Shown piece after piece: positions 15,001 through 30,000 of a DNA stretch of 64,000 nucleotides (position 1 is the stretch's first letter; each line of letters begins with the position of its first letter). The position numbers and the translations under genes are program-made. The notes beneath the pieces are model-generated. The model saw only the letters and a program-made list of their open reading frames with translations, did no database searches and was not told the DNA's origin. The DNA is from Eledone cirrhosa (Eukaryota): positions 3,906,001 to 3,970,000 of the forward strand of contig OZ024740.1 of the NCBI GenBank assembly GCA_964016885.1, written 5' to 3'.

Positions 15001-18000
15001 ACATCCATGTAACTAGTAAGTAAAGACTCCCCTAGGACTGTTAGTGACATCCATGTAACTAGTAAGTAAAGACTCCCCCCAGGACTGTTAGTGACATCCA
15101 TGTAACTAGTAAGTAAAGACTCCCTCTAGGACTGTTAGTGACATCCATGTAACTAGTAAGTAAAGACTCCCTCTAGGACTGTTAGTGACATCCATGTAAC
15201 TAGTAAGTAAAGACTCACTCTAGGTCTGTTAGTGACATCCATGTAGCTAGTAAGTAAAGACTCCCCCAGGACTGTTAGTGACATCCATGTAACTAGTAAG
15301 TAAAGACTCCCCCCAGGTCTGTTAGTGACATCCATGTAACTAGTAAGTAAAGACTCCCTCTAGGACTGTTAGTGACATCCATGTAACTAGTATGTAAAGA
15401 CTCCCCCCGGGATTGTTGGTGACATCCATGTAACTAGTAAGTAAAGACTCCCCTAGGAATGTTAGTGACATCCATGTAACTAGTAAGTAAAGACTCCCCC
15501 CAGGAATGTTAGTGACATCCATGTAACTAGTAAGTAAAGACTCCCCCCAGGACTGTTAGTGACATCCATGTAACTAGTAGGTAAAGACTCCCCCCAGGAA
15601 TGTTAGTGACATCCATGTAACTAGTAAATAAAGACTCCCCCCAGGACTGTTAGTGACATCCATGTAACTAGTAAGTAAAGACTCCCCCCAGGACTGTTAG
15701 TGACATCCATGTAACTAGTAAGTAAAGACTCCCCCAGGCCTGTTAGTGACATCCATGTAACTAGTAAGTAAAGACTCCCTCCAGGACTGTTAGTGACATC
15801 CATGTAACTAGTAAGTAAAGACTCCCTCTAGGACTGTTAGTGACATCCATGTAACTAGTAGGTAAAGACTCCCCCTAGGAATGTTAGTGACATCCATGTA
15901 ACTAGTAAGTAAAGACTCCCCTAGGACTGTTAGTGACATCCATTTAACTAGTAAGTAAAGAATCCCCCCAGGACTGTTGGTGACATCCATGTAACTAGTA
16001 AGTAAAGACTCCCCCCACGATTGTTAGTGACATCCATGTAACTAGTAAGTAAAGACTCCTCTAGGACTGTTAGTGACATCCATGTAACTAGTAAGTATAT
16101 ACTCCCCCCAGGACTGTTAGTGACATCCATGGAACTAGTTAGTATATACTCCCCCCAGGACTGTCAGTGACATCCATGTAACTGGTAAGTAAAGACTCCC
16201 CCCAGGTCTGTTAGTGACATCCATGTAACTGGTAAGTAAAGACTCCCCCCAGGAATGTTAGTGACAACCATGTAACTAGTAAGTAAAGACTCCCCCAGGA
16301 CTGTTAGTGACATCCATGTAACTAGTATGTAAAGACTCCACCAGGACTGTTAGTGACATCCATGTAACTAGTAAGTAAAGACTCCCCCCAGGACTGTTGG
16401 TGACATCCATGTAACTAGTAAGTAAAGACTCCCCCCAGGTCTGTTAGTGACATCCATGTAACTAGTAAGTAAAGACTCCCCCCAGGTCTGTTAGTGACAT
16501 CCATGTAACTGGTAAGTAAAGACTCCCCCCAGGAATGTTAGTGACAACCATGTAACTAGTAAGTAAAGACTCCCCCAGGACTGTTAGTGACATCCATGTA
16601 ACTAGTATGTAAAGACTCCACCAGGACTGTTAGTGACATCCATGTAACTAGTAAGTAAAGACTCCCCCTAGGACTGTTAGTGACCTCCATGTAACTAGTA
16701 AGTAAAGACTCCCCCCAGGTCTGTTAGTGACATCCATGTAACTGGTAAGTAAAGACTCCCCTCAGGACTGTTAGGGACATCCATGTAACTAGTAAGTAAA
16801 GACTCCCCCCAGGACTGTTAGTGACATCCATGTAACTAGTAAGTATATACTCCCCCCAGGACTGTTAGTGACATCCATGTAACTAGTAAGTAAAGACTCC
16901 CCCCAGGACTGTTGGTGACATCCATGTAACTAGTAAGTAAAGACTCCCCTAGGACTGTTAGTGACATCCATGTAACTAGTAAGTAAAGACTCCCCCCAGG
17001 ACTGTTAGTGACATCCATGTAACTAGTAAGTAAAGACTCCCCCCAGGACTGTTGGTGACATCCATGTAACTAGTAAGTAAAGACTCCCTCTAGGACTGTT
17101 AGTGACATCCATGTAGCTAGTAAGTAAAGACTCCCCCAGGACTGTTAGTGACATCCATGTAACTAGTAAGTAAAGACTCCCCCCAGGTCTGTTAGTGACA
17201 TCCATGTAACTAGTAAGTAAAGACTCCCTCTAGGACTGTTAGTGACATCCATGTAACTAGTAAGTAAAGACTCCCTCTAGGACTGTTAGTGACATCCATG
17301 TAACTAGTAAGTAAAGACTCCCTCTAGGTCTGTTAGTGACATCCATGTAGCTAGTAAGTAAAGACTCCCCCAGGACTGTTAGTGACATCCATGTAACTAG
17401 TAAGTAAAGACTCCCTCTAGGACTGTTAGTTACATCCATGTAACTAGTAAGTAAAGACTCCCCCCAGGTCTGTTAGTGACATCCATGTAACTAGTAAGTA
17501 AAGACTCCCTCTAGGACTGTTAGTTACATCCATGTAACTAGTAAGTAAAGACTCCCCCCAGGTCTGTTAGTGACATCCATGTAACTAGTAAGTAAAGACT
17601 CCCTCTAGGACTGTTAGTGACATCCATGTAACTAGTAAGTAAAGACTCCCCCCGGGATTGTTGGTGACATCCATGTAACTAGTAAGTAAAGACTCCCCCA
17701 GGATTGTTGGTGACATCCATGTAACTAGTAAGTAAAGACTCCCCCCAGGTCTGTTAGTGACATCCATGTAACTAGTAAGTAAAGACTCCCCCAGGTCTGT
17801 TAGTGACATCCATGTAACTAGTAAGTAAAGACTCCCCCAGGACTGTTAGTGACATCCATGTAACTAGCAAGTAAAGACTCCCCCTAGGACTGTTAGTGAC
17901 CTCCATGTAACTAATAAGTAAAGACTCCCCCCAGGTCTGTTAGTGACATCCATGTAACTGGTAAGTAAAGACTCCCCTCAGGACTGTTAGGGACATCCAT

Positions 18001-21000
18001 GTAACTAGTAAGTAAAGACTCCCCCCAGGACTGTTAGTGACATCCATGTAACTAGTAAGTATATACTCCCCCCAGGACTGTTAGTGACATCCATGTAACT
18101 AGTAAGTAAAGACTCCCCCCAGGACTGGTGGTGACATCCATGTAACTAGTAAGTAAAGACTCCCCTAGGACTGTTAGTGACATCCATGTAACTAGTAAGT
18201 AAAGACTCCCCCCAGGACTGTTAGTGACATCCATGTAACTAGTAAGTAAAGACTCCCTCTAGGACTGTTAGTGACATCCATGTAACTAGTAAGTAAAGAC
18301 TCCCTCTAGGACTGTTAGTGACATCCATGTAACTAGTAAGTAAAGACTCCCTCTAGGTCTGTTAGTGACATCCATGTAGCTAGTAAGTAAAGACTCCCCC
18401 AGGACTGTTAGTGACATCCATGTAACTAGTAAGTAAAGACTCCCCCCAGGTCTGTTAGTGACATCCATGTAACTAGTAAGTAAAGACTCCCTCTAGGACT
18501 GTTAGTGACATCCATGTAACTAGTAAGTAAAGACTCCCTCTAGGTCTGTTAGTGACATCCATGTAACTAGTAAGTAAAGACTCCCCCAGGACTGTTAGTG
18601 ACATCCATGTAACTAGTAAGTAAAGACTCGCCAAGGACTGTTAGTGACATCCATGTAACTAGTAAGTAAAGACTCCCCTAGGTCTGTTAGTGACATCAAT
18701 GTAACTAGTAAGTAAAGAATCCCCCCAGGACTGTTAGTGACATCCATGTAACTAGTAAGTAAAGACTCCCTCTAGGACTGTTAGTGACATCAATGTAACT
18801 AGTAAGTAAAGACTCCCCCCAGGACTGTTAGTGACATCAATGTAACTAGTAAGTAAAGACTCCCTCTAGGTCTGTTAGTGACATCCATGTAACTAGTAAG
18901 TAAAGACTCCCCCCAGGACTGTTAGTGACATCAATGTAACAAGTAAGTAAAGACTCCCCCCAGGACTGTTAGTGACATCCATGTAACTAGTAAGTAAATA
19001 CTCCACTAGGACTGTTAGTGACATCCATGTAACTAGTAAGTAAAGACTCCCCCCAGGAATTTTAGTGACATCCATGTAACTAGTAGGTAAAGACTCCCCC
19101 TATGAATGTTAGTGACATCCATGTAACTAGTAAGTAAAGACTCCCCTAGGACTGTTAGTGACATCCATTTAACTAGTAAGTAAAGAATCCCCCCAGGACT
19201 GTTGGTGACATCCATGTAACTAGTAAGTAAAGACTCCCCCCACGATTGTTAGTGACATCCATGTAACTAGTAAGTAAAGACTCCTCTAGGACTGTTAGTG
19301 ACATCCATGTAATTAGTGAGTAAAGACTCCCTCTAGGACTGTTAGTGACATCCGTGTAACTAGTAAGTATATACTCCCCCCAGGACTGTTAGTGACATCC
19401 ATGGAACTAGTATGTATATACTCCCCCCAGGACTGTTAGTGACATCCATGTAACTGGTAAGTAAAGACTCCCCCCAGGTCTGTTAGTGACATCCATGTAA
19501 CTGGTAAGTAAAGACTCCCCCCAGGAATGTTAGTGACAACCATGTAACTAGTAAGTAAAGACTCCCCCAGGACTGTTAGTGACATCCATGTAACTAGTAT
19601 GTAAAGACTCCACCAGGACTGTTAGTGACATCCATGTAACTAGTAAGTAAAGACTCCCCCCCCCCAGGACTGTTAGTGACATCAATGTAACTAGTAAGTA
19701 AAGACTCCCCCCAGGACTGTTAGTGACATCCATGTAACTAGTAAGTAAATACTCCACTAGGACTGTTAGTGACATCCATGTAACTAGTAAGTAAAGACTC
19801 CCCCCAGGAATTTTAGTGACATCCATGTAACTCGTAAGTAAAGACTCCCCCCAGGACTGTTAGTGACATCCATGTAACTAGTAGGTAAAGACTCCCCCTA
19901 GGAATGTTAGTGACATCCATGTAACTAGTAAGCAAAAACTCCCCTAGGACTGTTAGTGACATCCATTTAACTAGTAAGTAAAGAATCCCCCCAGGACTGT
20001 TGGTGACATCCATGTAACTAGTAAGTAAAGACTCCCCCCACGATTGTTAGTGACATCCATGTAACTAGTAAGTAAAGACTCCTCTAGGACTGTTAGTGAC
20101 ATCCATGTAACTAGTGAGTAAAGACTCCCTCTAGGACTGTTAGTGACATCCATGTAACTAGTAAGTATATACTCCCCCCAGGACTGTTAGTGACATCCAT
20201 GGAACTAGTAAGTATATACTTCCCCCAGGACTGTTAGTGACATCCATGTAACTGGTAAGTAAAGACTCCCCCCAGGTCTGTTAGTGACATCCATGTAACT
20301 GGTAAGTAAAGACTCCCCCCAGGAATGTTAGTGACAACCATGTAACTAGTAAGTAAAGACTCCCCCAGGACTGTTAGTGACATCCATGTAACTAGTATGT
20401 AAAGACTCCACCAGGACTGTTAGTGACATCCATGTAACTAGTAAGTAAAGACTCCCCCCAGGACTGTTGGTGACATCCATGTAACTAGTAAGTAAAGACT
20501 CCCCTAGGACTGTTAGTGACATCCATGTAACTAGTAAGTAAAGACTCCCCCCAGGACTGTTAGTGACATCCATGTAACTAGTAAGTAAAGACTCCCTCTA
20601 GGACTGTTAGTGACATCCATTTAACTAGTAAGTAAAGAATCCCCCCAGGACTGTTGGTGACATCCATGTAACTAGTAAGTAAAGACTCCCCCCACGATTG
20701 TTAGTGACATCCATGTAACTAGTAAGTAAAGACTCCTCTAGGACTGTTAGTGACATCCATGTAACTAGTGAGTAAAGACTCCCTCTAGGACTGTTAGTGA
20801 CATCCATGTAACTAGTAAGTATATACTCCCCCCAGGACTGTTAGTGACATCCATGGAACTAGTAAGTATATACTTCCCCCAGGACTGTTAGTGACATCCA
20901 TGTAACTGGTAAGTAAAGACTCCCCCCAGGTCTGTTAGTGACATCCATGTAACTGGTAAGTAAAGACTCCCCCCAGGAATGTTAGTGACAACCATGTAAC

Positions 21001-24000
21001 TAGTAAGTAAAGACTCCCCCAGGACTGTTAGTGACATCCATGTAACTAGTATGTAAAGACTCCACCAGGACTGTTAGTGACATCCATGTAACTAGTAAGT
21101 AAAGACTCCCCCCGGACTGTTGGTGACATCCATGTAACTAGTAAGTAAAGACTCCCCTAGGACTGTTAGTGACATCCATGTAACTAGTAAGTAAAGACTC
21201 CCCCCAGGACTGTTAGTGACATCCATGTAACTAGTAAGTAAAGACTCCCTCTAGGACTGTTAGTGACATCCATGTAACTAGTAAGTAAAGACTCCCTCTA
21301 GGACTGTTAGTGACATCCATGTAACTAGTAAGTAAAGACTCCCTCTAGGTCTGTTAGTGACATCCATTTAACTAGTAAGTAAAGACTCCCCCAGGACTGT
21401 TAGTGACATCCATGTAACTAGTAAGTAAAGACTCCCCCCAGGTCTGTTAGTGACATCCACGTAACTAGTAAGTAAAGACTCCCTCTAGGACTGTTAGTGA
21501 CATCCATGTAACTAGTAAGTAAAGACTCCCTCTAGGTCTGTTAGTGACATCCATGTAACTAGTAAGTAAAGACTCCCCCAGGACTTTTAGTGACATCCAT
21601 GTAACTAGTAAGTAAAGACTCCCCCAGGACTGTTAGTGACATCCATGTAACTAGTAAGTAAAGACTCCCCTAGGTCTGTTAGTGACATCAATGTAACTAG
21701 TAAGTAAAGAATCCCCCCAGGACTGTTAGTGACATCCATGTAACTAGTAAATAAAGACTCCCTCTAGGACTGTTAGTGACATCAATGTAACTAGTAAGTA
21801 AAGACTCCCCCCAGGACTGTTAGTGACATCAATGTAACTAGTAAGTAAAGACTCCCTCTAGGTCTGTTAGTGACATCCATGTAACTAGTAAGTAAAGACT
21901 CCCCCCAGGACTGTTAGTGACATCAATGTAACTAGTACGTAAAGACTCCCCCCAGGACTGTTAGTGACATCCATGTAACTAGTAAGTAAATACTCCACTA
22001 GGACTGTTAGTGACATCCATGTAACTAGTAAGTAAAGACTCCTCCCAGGAATTTTAGTGACATCCATGTAACTAGTAAGTAAAGACTCCCCCCAGGACTG
22101 TTAGTGACATCCATGTAACTAGTAGGTAAAGACTCCCCCTAGGAATGTTAGTGACATCCATGTAACTAGTAAGTAAAGACTCCCCTAGGACTGTTAGTGA
22201 CATCCATTTAACTAGTAAGTAAAGAATCCCCCCAGGACTGTTGGTGACATCCATGTAACTAGTAAGTAAAGACTCCCCCCACGATTGTTAGTGACATCCA
22301 TGTAACTAGTAAGTAAAGACTCCTCTAGGACTGTTAGTGACATCCATGTAACTAGTGAGTAAAGACTCCCTCTAGGACTGTTAGTGACATCCGTGTAACT
22401 AGTAAGTATATACTCCCCCCAGGACTGTTAGTGACATCCATGGAACTAGTATGTATATACTCCCCCCAGGACTGTTAGTGACATCCATGTAACTGGTAAG
22501 TAAAGACTCCCCCCAGGTCTGTTAGTGACATCCATGTAACTGGTAAGTAAAGACTCCCCCCAGGAATGTTAGTGACAACCATGTAACTAGTAAGTAAAGA
22601 CTCCCCCAGGACTGTTAGTGACATCCATGTAACTAGTATGTAAAGACTCCCTCCAGGACTGTTAGTGACATCCATGTAACTAGTAAGTAAAGACTCCCCC
22701 CCAGGACTGTTAGTGACATCAATGTAACTAGTAAGTAAAGACTCCCCCCAGGACTGTTAGTGACATCCATGTAACTAGTAAGTAAATACTCCACTAGGAC
22801 TGTTAGTGACATCCATGTAACTAGTAAGTAAAGACTCCCCCCAGGAATTTTAGTGACATCCATGTAACTCGTAAGTAAAGACTCCCCCCAGGACTGTTAG
22901 TGACATCCATGTAACTAGTAGGTAAAGACTCCCCCTAGGAATGTTAGTGACATCCATGTAACTAGTAAGCAAAGACTCCCCTAGGACTGTTAGTGACATC
23001 CATTTAACTAGTAATTAAAGAATCCCCCCAGGACTGTTGGTGACATCCATGTAACTAGTAAGTAAAGACTCCCCCCACGATTGTTAGTGACATCCATGTA
23101 ACTAGTAAGTAAAGACTCCTCTAGGACTGTTAGTGACATCCATGTAACTAGTGAGTAAAGACTCCCTCTAGGACTGTTAGTGACATCCATGTAACTAGTA
23201 AGTATATACTCCCCCCAGGACTGTTAGTGACATCCATGGAACTAGTAAGTATATACTTCCCCCAGGACTTTTAGTGACATCCATGTAACTGGTAAGTAAA
23301 GACTCCCCCCAGGTCTGTTAGTGACATCCATGTAACTGGTAAGTAAAGACTCCCCCCAGGAATGTTAGTGACAACCATGTAACTAGTAAGTAAAGACTCC
23401 CCCAGGATTGTTAGTGACATCCATGTAACTAGTATGTAAAGACTCCCCCCAGGACTGTTAGTGACATCCATGTAACTAGTAAGTAAAGACTCCCCCCAGG
23501 ACTGTTGGTGACATCCATGTAACTAGTAAGTAAAGACTCCCCTAGGACTGTTAGTGACATCCATGTAACTAGTAAGTAAAGACTACCTCTAGGACTGTTA
23601 GTGACATCCATGTAACTAGTAAGTAAAGACTCCCTCTAGGACTGTTAGTGACATCCATGTAACTAGTAAGTAAAGACTCCCTCTAGGTCTGTTAGTGACA
23701 TCCATGTAACTAGTAAGTAAAGACTCCCCCAGGACTGTTAGTGACATCCATGTAACTAGTAAGTAAAGACTCCTCTAGGACTGTTAGTGACATCCATGTA
23801 ACTAGTAAGTAAAGACTCCCTCTAGGTCTGTTAGTGACATCCATGTAACTAGTAAGTAAAGACTCCCCTAGGTCTGTTAGTGACATCAATGTAACTGGTA
23901 AGTAAAGAATCCCCCCAGGACTGTTACTGACATACATGTAACTAGTAAGTAAAGACTCCCTCTAGGACTGTTAGTGACATCAATGTAACTAGTAAGTAAA

Positions 24001-27000
24001 GACTCCCCCCAGGACTGTTAGTGACATCAATGTAACTAGTAAGTAAAGACTCCCTCTAGGTCTGTTAGTGACATCCATGTAACTAGTAAGTAAAGACTCC
24101 CCCCAGGACTGTTAGTGACATCAATGTAACTAGTAAGTAAAGACTCCCTCTAGGTCTGTTAGTGACATCCATGTAACTAGTAAGTAAAGACTCCCCCCAG
24201 GACTGTTAGTGACATCCATGTAACTAGTAAGTAAAGACTCCCCCTAGGACTGTTAGTGACATCCATGTAACTAGTAAGTAAAGACTCCCCCTAGGACTGT
24301 TAGTGACATCCATGTAACTAGTAAGTAAAGACTCCTCTAGGTCTGTTAGTGACATCCATGTAACTAGTAAGTAAAGACTCCCTCTAGGACTGTTAGTGAC
24401 ATCCATGTAACTAGTAAGTAAAGACTCCCCCCAGGACTGTTGGTGACATCCATGTAACTAGTAAGTAAAGACTCCTCTAGGTCTGTTAGTGACATCCATG
24501 TAACTAGTAAGTAAAGACTCCTCTAGGACTGTTAGTGACATCCATGTAACTAGTAAGTAAAGACACCTCTAGGACTGTTAGTGACATCCATGTAACTAGT
24601 AAGTAAAGACTCCCCCCAGGTCTGTTAGTGACATCCATGTAACTAGTAAGTAAAGACTCCCCCCAGGTCTGTTAGTGACATCCATGTAACTAGTAAGTAA
24701 AGACTCCCCCAGGACTGTTAGTGACATCCATGTAACTAGCAAGTAAAGACTCCCCCTAGGACTGTTAGTGACCTCCATGTAACTAGTAAGTAAAGACTCC
24801 CCTCAGGACTGTTAGGGACATCCATGTAACTAGTAAGTAAAGACTCATCCCAGGACTGTTAGTGACATCCATGTAACTAGTAAGTATATACTCCCCCCAG
24901 GACTGTTAGTGACATCCATGTAACTAGTAAGTAAAGACTCCCCCCAGGACTGTTGGTGACATCCATGTAACTAGTAAGTAAAGACTCCCCTAGGACTGTT
25001 AGTGACATCCATGTAACTAGTAAGTAAAGACTCCCCCCAGGACTGTTAGTTACATCCATGTAACTAGTAAGTAAAGACTCCCTCTAGGACTGTTAGTGAC
25101 ATCCATGTAACTAGTAAGTAAAGACTCCCTCTAGGACTGTTAGTGACATCCATGTAACTAGTAAGTAAAGACTCCCTCTAGGTCTGTTAGTGACATCCAT
25201 GTAGCTAGTAAGTAAAGACTCCCCCAGGACTGTTAGTGACATCCATGTAACTAGTAAGTAAAGACTCCCCCCAGGTCTGTTAGTGACATCCATGTAACTA
25301 GTAAGTAAAGACTCCCTCTAGGACTGTTAGTGACATCCATGTAACTAGTAAGTAAAGACTCCCTCTAGGTCTGTTAGTGACATCCATGTAACTAGTAAGT
25401 AAAGACTCCCCCAGGACTGTTAGTGACATCCATGTAACTAGTAAGTAAAGACTCCCCCAGGACTGTTAGTGACATCCATGTAACTAGTAAGTAAAGACTC
25501 CCCTAGGTCTGTTAGTGACATCAATGTAACTAGTAAGTAAAGAATCCCCCCAGGACTGTTAGTGACATCCATGTAACTAGTAAGTAAAGACTCCCTCTAG
25601 GACTGTTAGTGACATCAATGTAACTAGTAAGTAAAGACTCCCCCCAGGACTGTTAGTGACATCAATGTAACTAGTAAGTAAAGACTCCCTCTAGGTCTGT
25701 TAGTGACATCCATGTAACTAGTAAGTAAAGACTCCCCCCAGGACTGTTAGTGACATCAATGTAACTAGTAAGTAAAGACTCCCCCCAGGACTGTTAGTGA
25801 CATCCATGTAACTAGTAGGTAAAGACTCCCCCTAGGAATGTTAGTGACATCCATGTAACTAGTAAGTAAAGACTCCCCTAGGACTGTTAGTGACATCCAT
25901 TTAACTAGTAAGTAAAGAATCCCCCCAGGACTGTTGGTGACATCCATGTAACTAGTAAGTAAAGACTCCCCCCACGATTGTTAGTGACATCCATGTAACT
26001 AGTAAGTAAAGACTCCTCTAGGACTGTTAGTGACATCCATGTAACTAGTGAGTAAAGACTCCCTCTAGGACTGTTAGTGACATCCGTGTAACTAGTAAGT
26101 ATATACTCCCCCCAGGACTGTTAGTGACATCCATGGAACTAGTAAGTATATACTCCCCCCAGGACTGTTAGTGACATCCATGTAACTGGTAAGTAAAGAC
26201 TCCCCCCAGGTCTGTTAGTGACATCCATGTAACTGGTAAGTAAAGACTCCCCCCAGGAATGTTAGTGACAACCATGTAACTAGTAAGTAAAGACTCCCCC
26301 CCAGGACTGTTAGTGACATCAATGTAACTAGTAAGTAAAGACTCCCCCCAGGACTGTTAGTGACATCCATGTAACTAGTAAGTAAATACTCCACTAGGAC
26401 TGTTAGTGACATCCATGTAACTAGTAAGTAAAGACTCCCCCCAGGAATTTTAGTGACATCCATGTAACTCGTAAGTAAAGACTCCCCCCAGGACTGTTAG
26501 TGACATCCATGTAACTAGTAGGTAAAGACTCCCCCTAGGAATGTTACTGACATCCATGTAACTAGTAAGCAAAGACTCCCCTAGGACTGTTAGTGACATC
26601 CATTTAACTAGTAAGTAAAGAATCCCCCCAGGACTGTTGGTGACATCCATGTAACTAGTAAGTAAAGACTCCCCCCACGATTGTTAGTGACATCCATGTA
26701 ACTAGTAAGTAAAGACTCCTCTAGGACTGTTAGTGACATCCATGTAACTAGTAAGTATATACTCCCCCCAGGACTGTTAGTGACATCCATGGAACTAGTA
26801 AGTATATACTTCCCCCAGGACTGTTAGTGACATCCATGTAACTGTTAAGTAAAGACTCCCCCCAGGTTTGTTAGTGACATCCATGTAACTGGTAAGTAAA
26901 GACTCCCCCCAGGAATGTTAGTGACAACCATGTAACTAGTAAGTAAAGACTCCCCCAGGACTGTTAGTGACATCCATGTAACTAGTATGTAAAGACTCCA

Positions 27001-30000
27001 CCAGGACTGTTAGTGACATCCATGTAACTAGTAAGTAAAGACTCCCCCCAGTACTGTTGGTGACATCCATGTAACTAGTAAGTAAAGACTCCCCTAGGAC
27101 TGTTAGTGACATCCATGTAACTAGTAAGTAAAGACTCCCCCCAGGACTGTTAGTGACATCCATGTAACTAGTAAGTAAAGACTCCCTCTAGGACTGTTAG
27201 TGACATCCATGTAACTAGTAAGTAAAGACTCCCTCTAGGACTGTTAGTGACATCCATGTAACTAGTAAGTAAAGACTCCCTCTAGGTCTGTTAGTGACAT
27301 CCATGTAACTAGTAAGTAAAGACTCCCCCAGGACTGTTAGTGACATCCATGTAACTAGTAAGTAAAGACTCCCCCCAGGTCTGTTAGTGACATCCATGTA
27401 ACTAGTAAGTAAAGACTCCCTCTAGGACTGTTAGTGACATCCATGTAACTAGTAAGTAAAGACTCCCTCTAGGTCTGTTAGTGACATCCATGTAACTAGT
27501 AAGTAAAGACTCCCCCAGGACTGTTAGTGACATCCATGTAACTAGTAAGTAAAGACTCCCCTAGGTCTGTTAGTGACATCAATGTAACTGGTAAGTAAAG
27601 AATCCCCCCAGGACTGTTACTGACATCCATGTAACTAGTAAGTAAAGACTCCCTCTAGGACTGTTAGTGACATCAATGTAACTAGTAAGTAAAGACTCCC
27701 TCTAGGACTGTTAGTGACATCCATGTAACTAGTAAGTAAAGACTCCCCCCAGGACTGTTAGTGACATCAATGTAACTAGTAAGTAAAGACTCCCTCTAGG
27801 TCTGTTAGTGACATCCATGTAACTAGTAAGTAAAGACTCCCCCCAGGACTGTTAGTGACATCAATGTAACTAGTAAGTAAAGACTCCCCCCAGGACTGTT
27901 AGTGACATCCATGTAATTAGTAAGTAAAGACTCCCCCCAGGACTGTTAGTGACATCAATGTAACTAGTAAGTAAAGACTCCCTCTAGGTCTGTTAGTGAC
28001 ATCCAAGTAACTAGTAAGTAAAGACTCCCCCCAGGACTGTTAGTGACATCAATGTAACTAGTAAGTAAAGACTCCCCCCAGGACTGTTAGTGACATCAAT
28101 GTAACTAGTAAGTAAAGACTCCCTCTAGGTCTGTTAGTGACATCCATGTAACTAGTAAGTAAAGACTCCCCCCAGGACTGTTAGTGACATCAATGTAACT
28201 AGTAAGTAAAGACTCCCCCCAGGACTGTTAGTGACATCCATGTAATTAGTAAGTAAAGACTCCCCCCAGGACTGTTGGTGACATCCATGTAACTAGTAAG
28301 TAAAGACTCCCCCCAGGAATGTTAGTGACATCCATGTAACTAGTAAGTAAAGACTCCCCCTAGGACTGTTAGTGACATCCATGTAACTAGTAAGTAAAGA
28401 CTCCCCCTAGGTCTGTTGGTGACATCCATGTAACTAGTAAGTAAAGACTCCCCCTAGGACTGTTAGTGACATCCATGTAACTAGTAAGTAAAGACTCCTC
28501 TAGGTCTGTTAGTGACATCCATGTAACTAGTAAGTAAAGACTCCTCTAGGTCTGTTAGTGGCATCCATGTAACTAGTAAGTAAAGACTCCTCTAGGACTG
28601 TTAGTGACATCCATGTAACTAGTAAGTAAAGACTCCTCTAGGACTGTTAGTGACATCCATGTAACTAGTAAGTAAAGACTCCCCCCAGGTCTGTTAGTGA
28701 CATCCATGTAACTAGTAAGTAAAGACTCCTCTAGGACTGTTAGTGACATCCATGGAACTAGTAAGTAAAGACTCCTCTAGGACTGTTAGTGACATCCATG
28801 TAACTAGTAAGTAAAGACTCCCCCAGGTCTGTTAGTGACATCCATGTAACTAGTAAGTAAAGACTCCTCTAGGACTGTTAGTGACATCCATGTAACTAGT
28901 AAGTAAAGACTCCCCCCAGGTCTGTTAGTGACATCCATGTAACTAGTAAGTAAAGACTCCTCTAGGACTGTTAGTGACATCCATGTAACTAGTAAGTAAA
29001 GACTCCCCCTAGGACTGTTAGTGACATCCATGTAACTAGTAAGTAAAGATTCCATCTAGGTCTGTTAGTGACATCCATGTAACTAGTAAGTAAAGACTCC
29101 CCCCAGGACTGTTAGTGACATCCATGTAACTAGTAAGTAAAGACTCCTCTAGGACTGTTAGTGACATCCATGTAACTAGTAAGTAAAGACTCCCTCTAGG
29201 ACTGTTAGTGACATCCATGTAACTAGTAAGTAAAGACACCACTAGGACTGTTAGTGACATCCATGTAACTAGTAAGTAAAGACTCCCTCTAGGACTGTTA
29301 GTGACATCCATGTAACTAGTAAGTAAAGACTCCCCCCAGGACTGTTAGTGACATCCATGTAACTAGTAAGTAAAGACTCCCTCTAGGACTGTTAGTGACA
29401 TCCATGTAACTAGTAAGTAAAGACTCCCCCAGGACTGTTAGTGACATCCATGTAACTAGTAAGTAAAGACTCCCCCCAGGACTGTTAGTGACATCCATGT
29501 AACTAGTAAGTAAAGACTCCCCCCAGGACTGTTAGTGACATCCATGTAACTAGTAAGTAAAGACTCCCCCCAGGACTGTTAGTGACATCCATGTAACTAG
29601 TAAGTAAAGACTCCCCCAGGACTGTTAGTGACATCCATGTAACTAGTAAGTAAAGACTCCCCCAGGACTGTTAGTGACATCCATGTAACTAGTAAGTAAA
29701 GACTCCCTCTAGGACTGTTAGTGACATCCATGTAACTAGTAAGTAAAGACTCCCCCAGGACTGTTAGTGACATCCATGTAACTAGTAAGTAAAGACTCCC
29801 CCTAGGACTGTTAGTGACATCCATGTAACTAGTAAGTAAAGACTCCCCCTAGGACTGTTAGTGACATCCATGTAACTGGTAAGTAAAGACTCCCCCAGGT
29901 CTGTTAGTTACATCCATGTAAATAGTAATTAAAGACTCCCCCCAGGCCTGTTAGTGACATCCATGTAACTGGTAAGTAAAGACTCCCCCCAGGAATGTTA

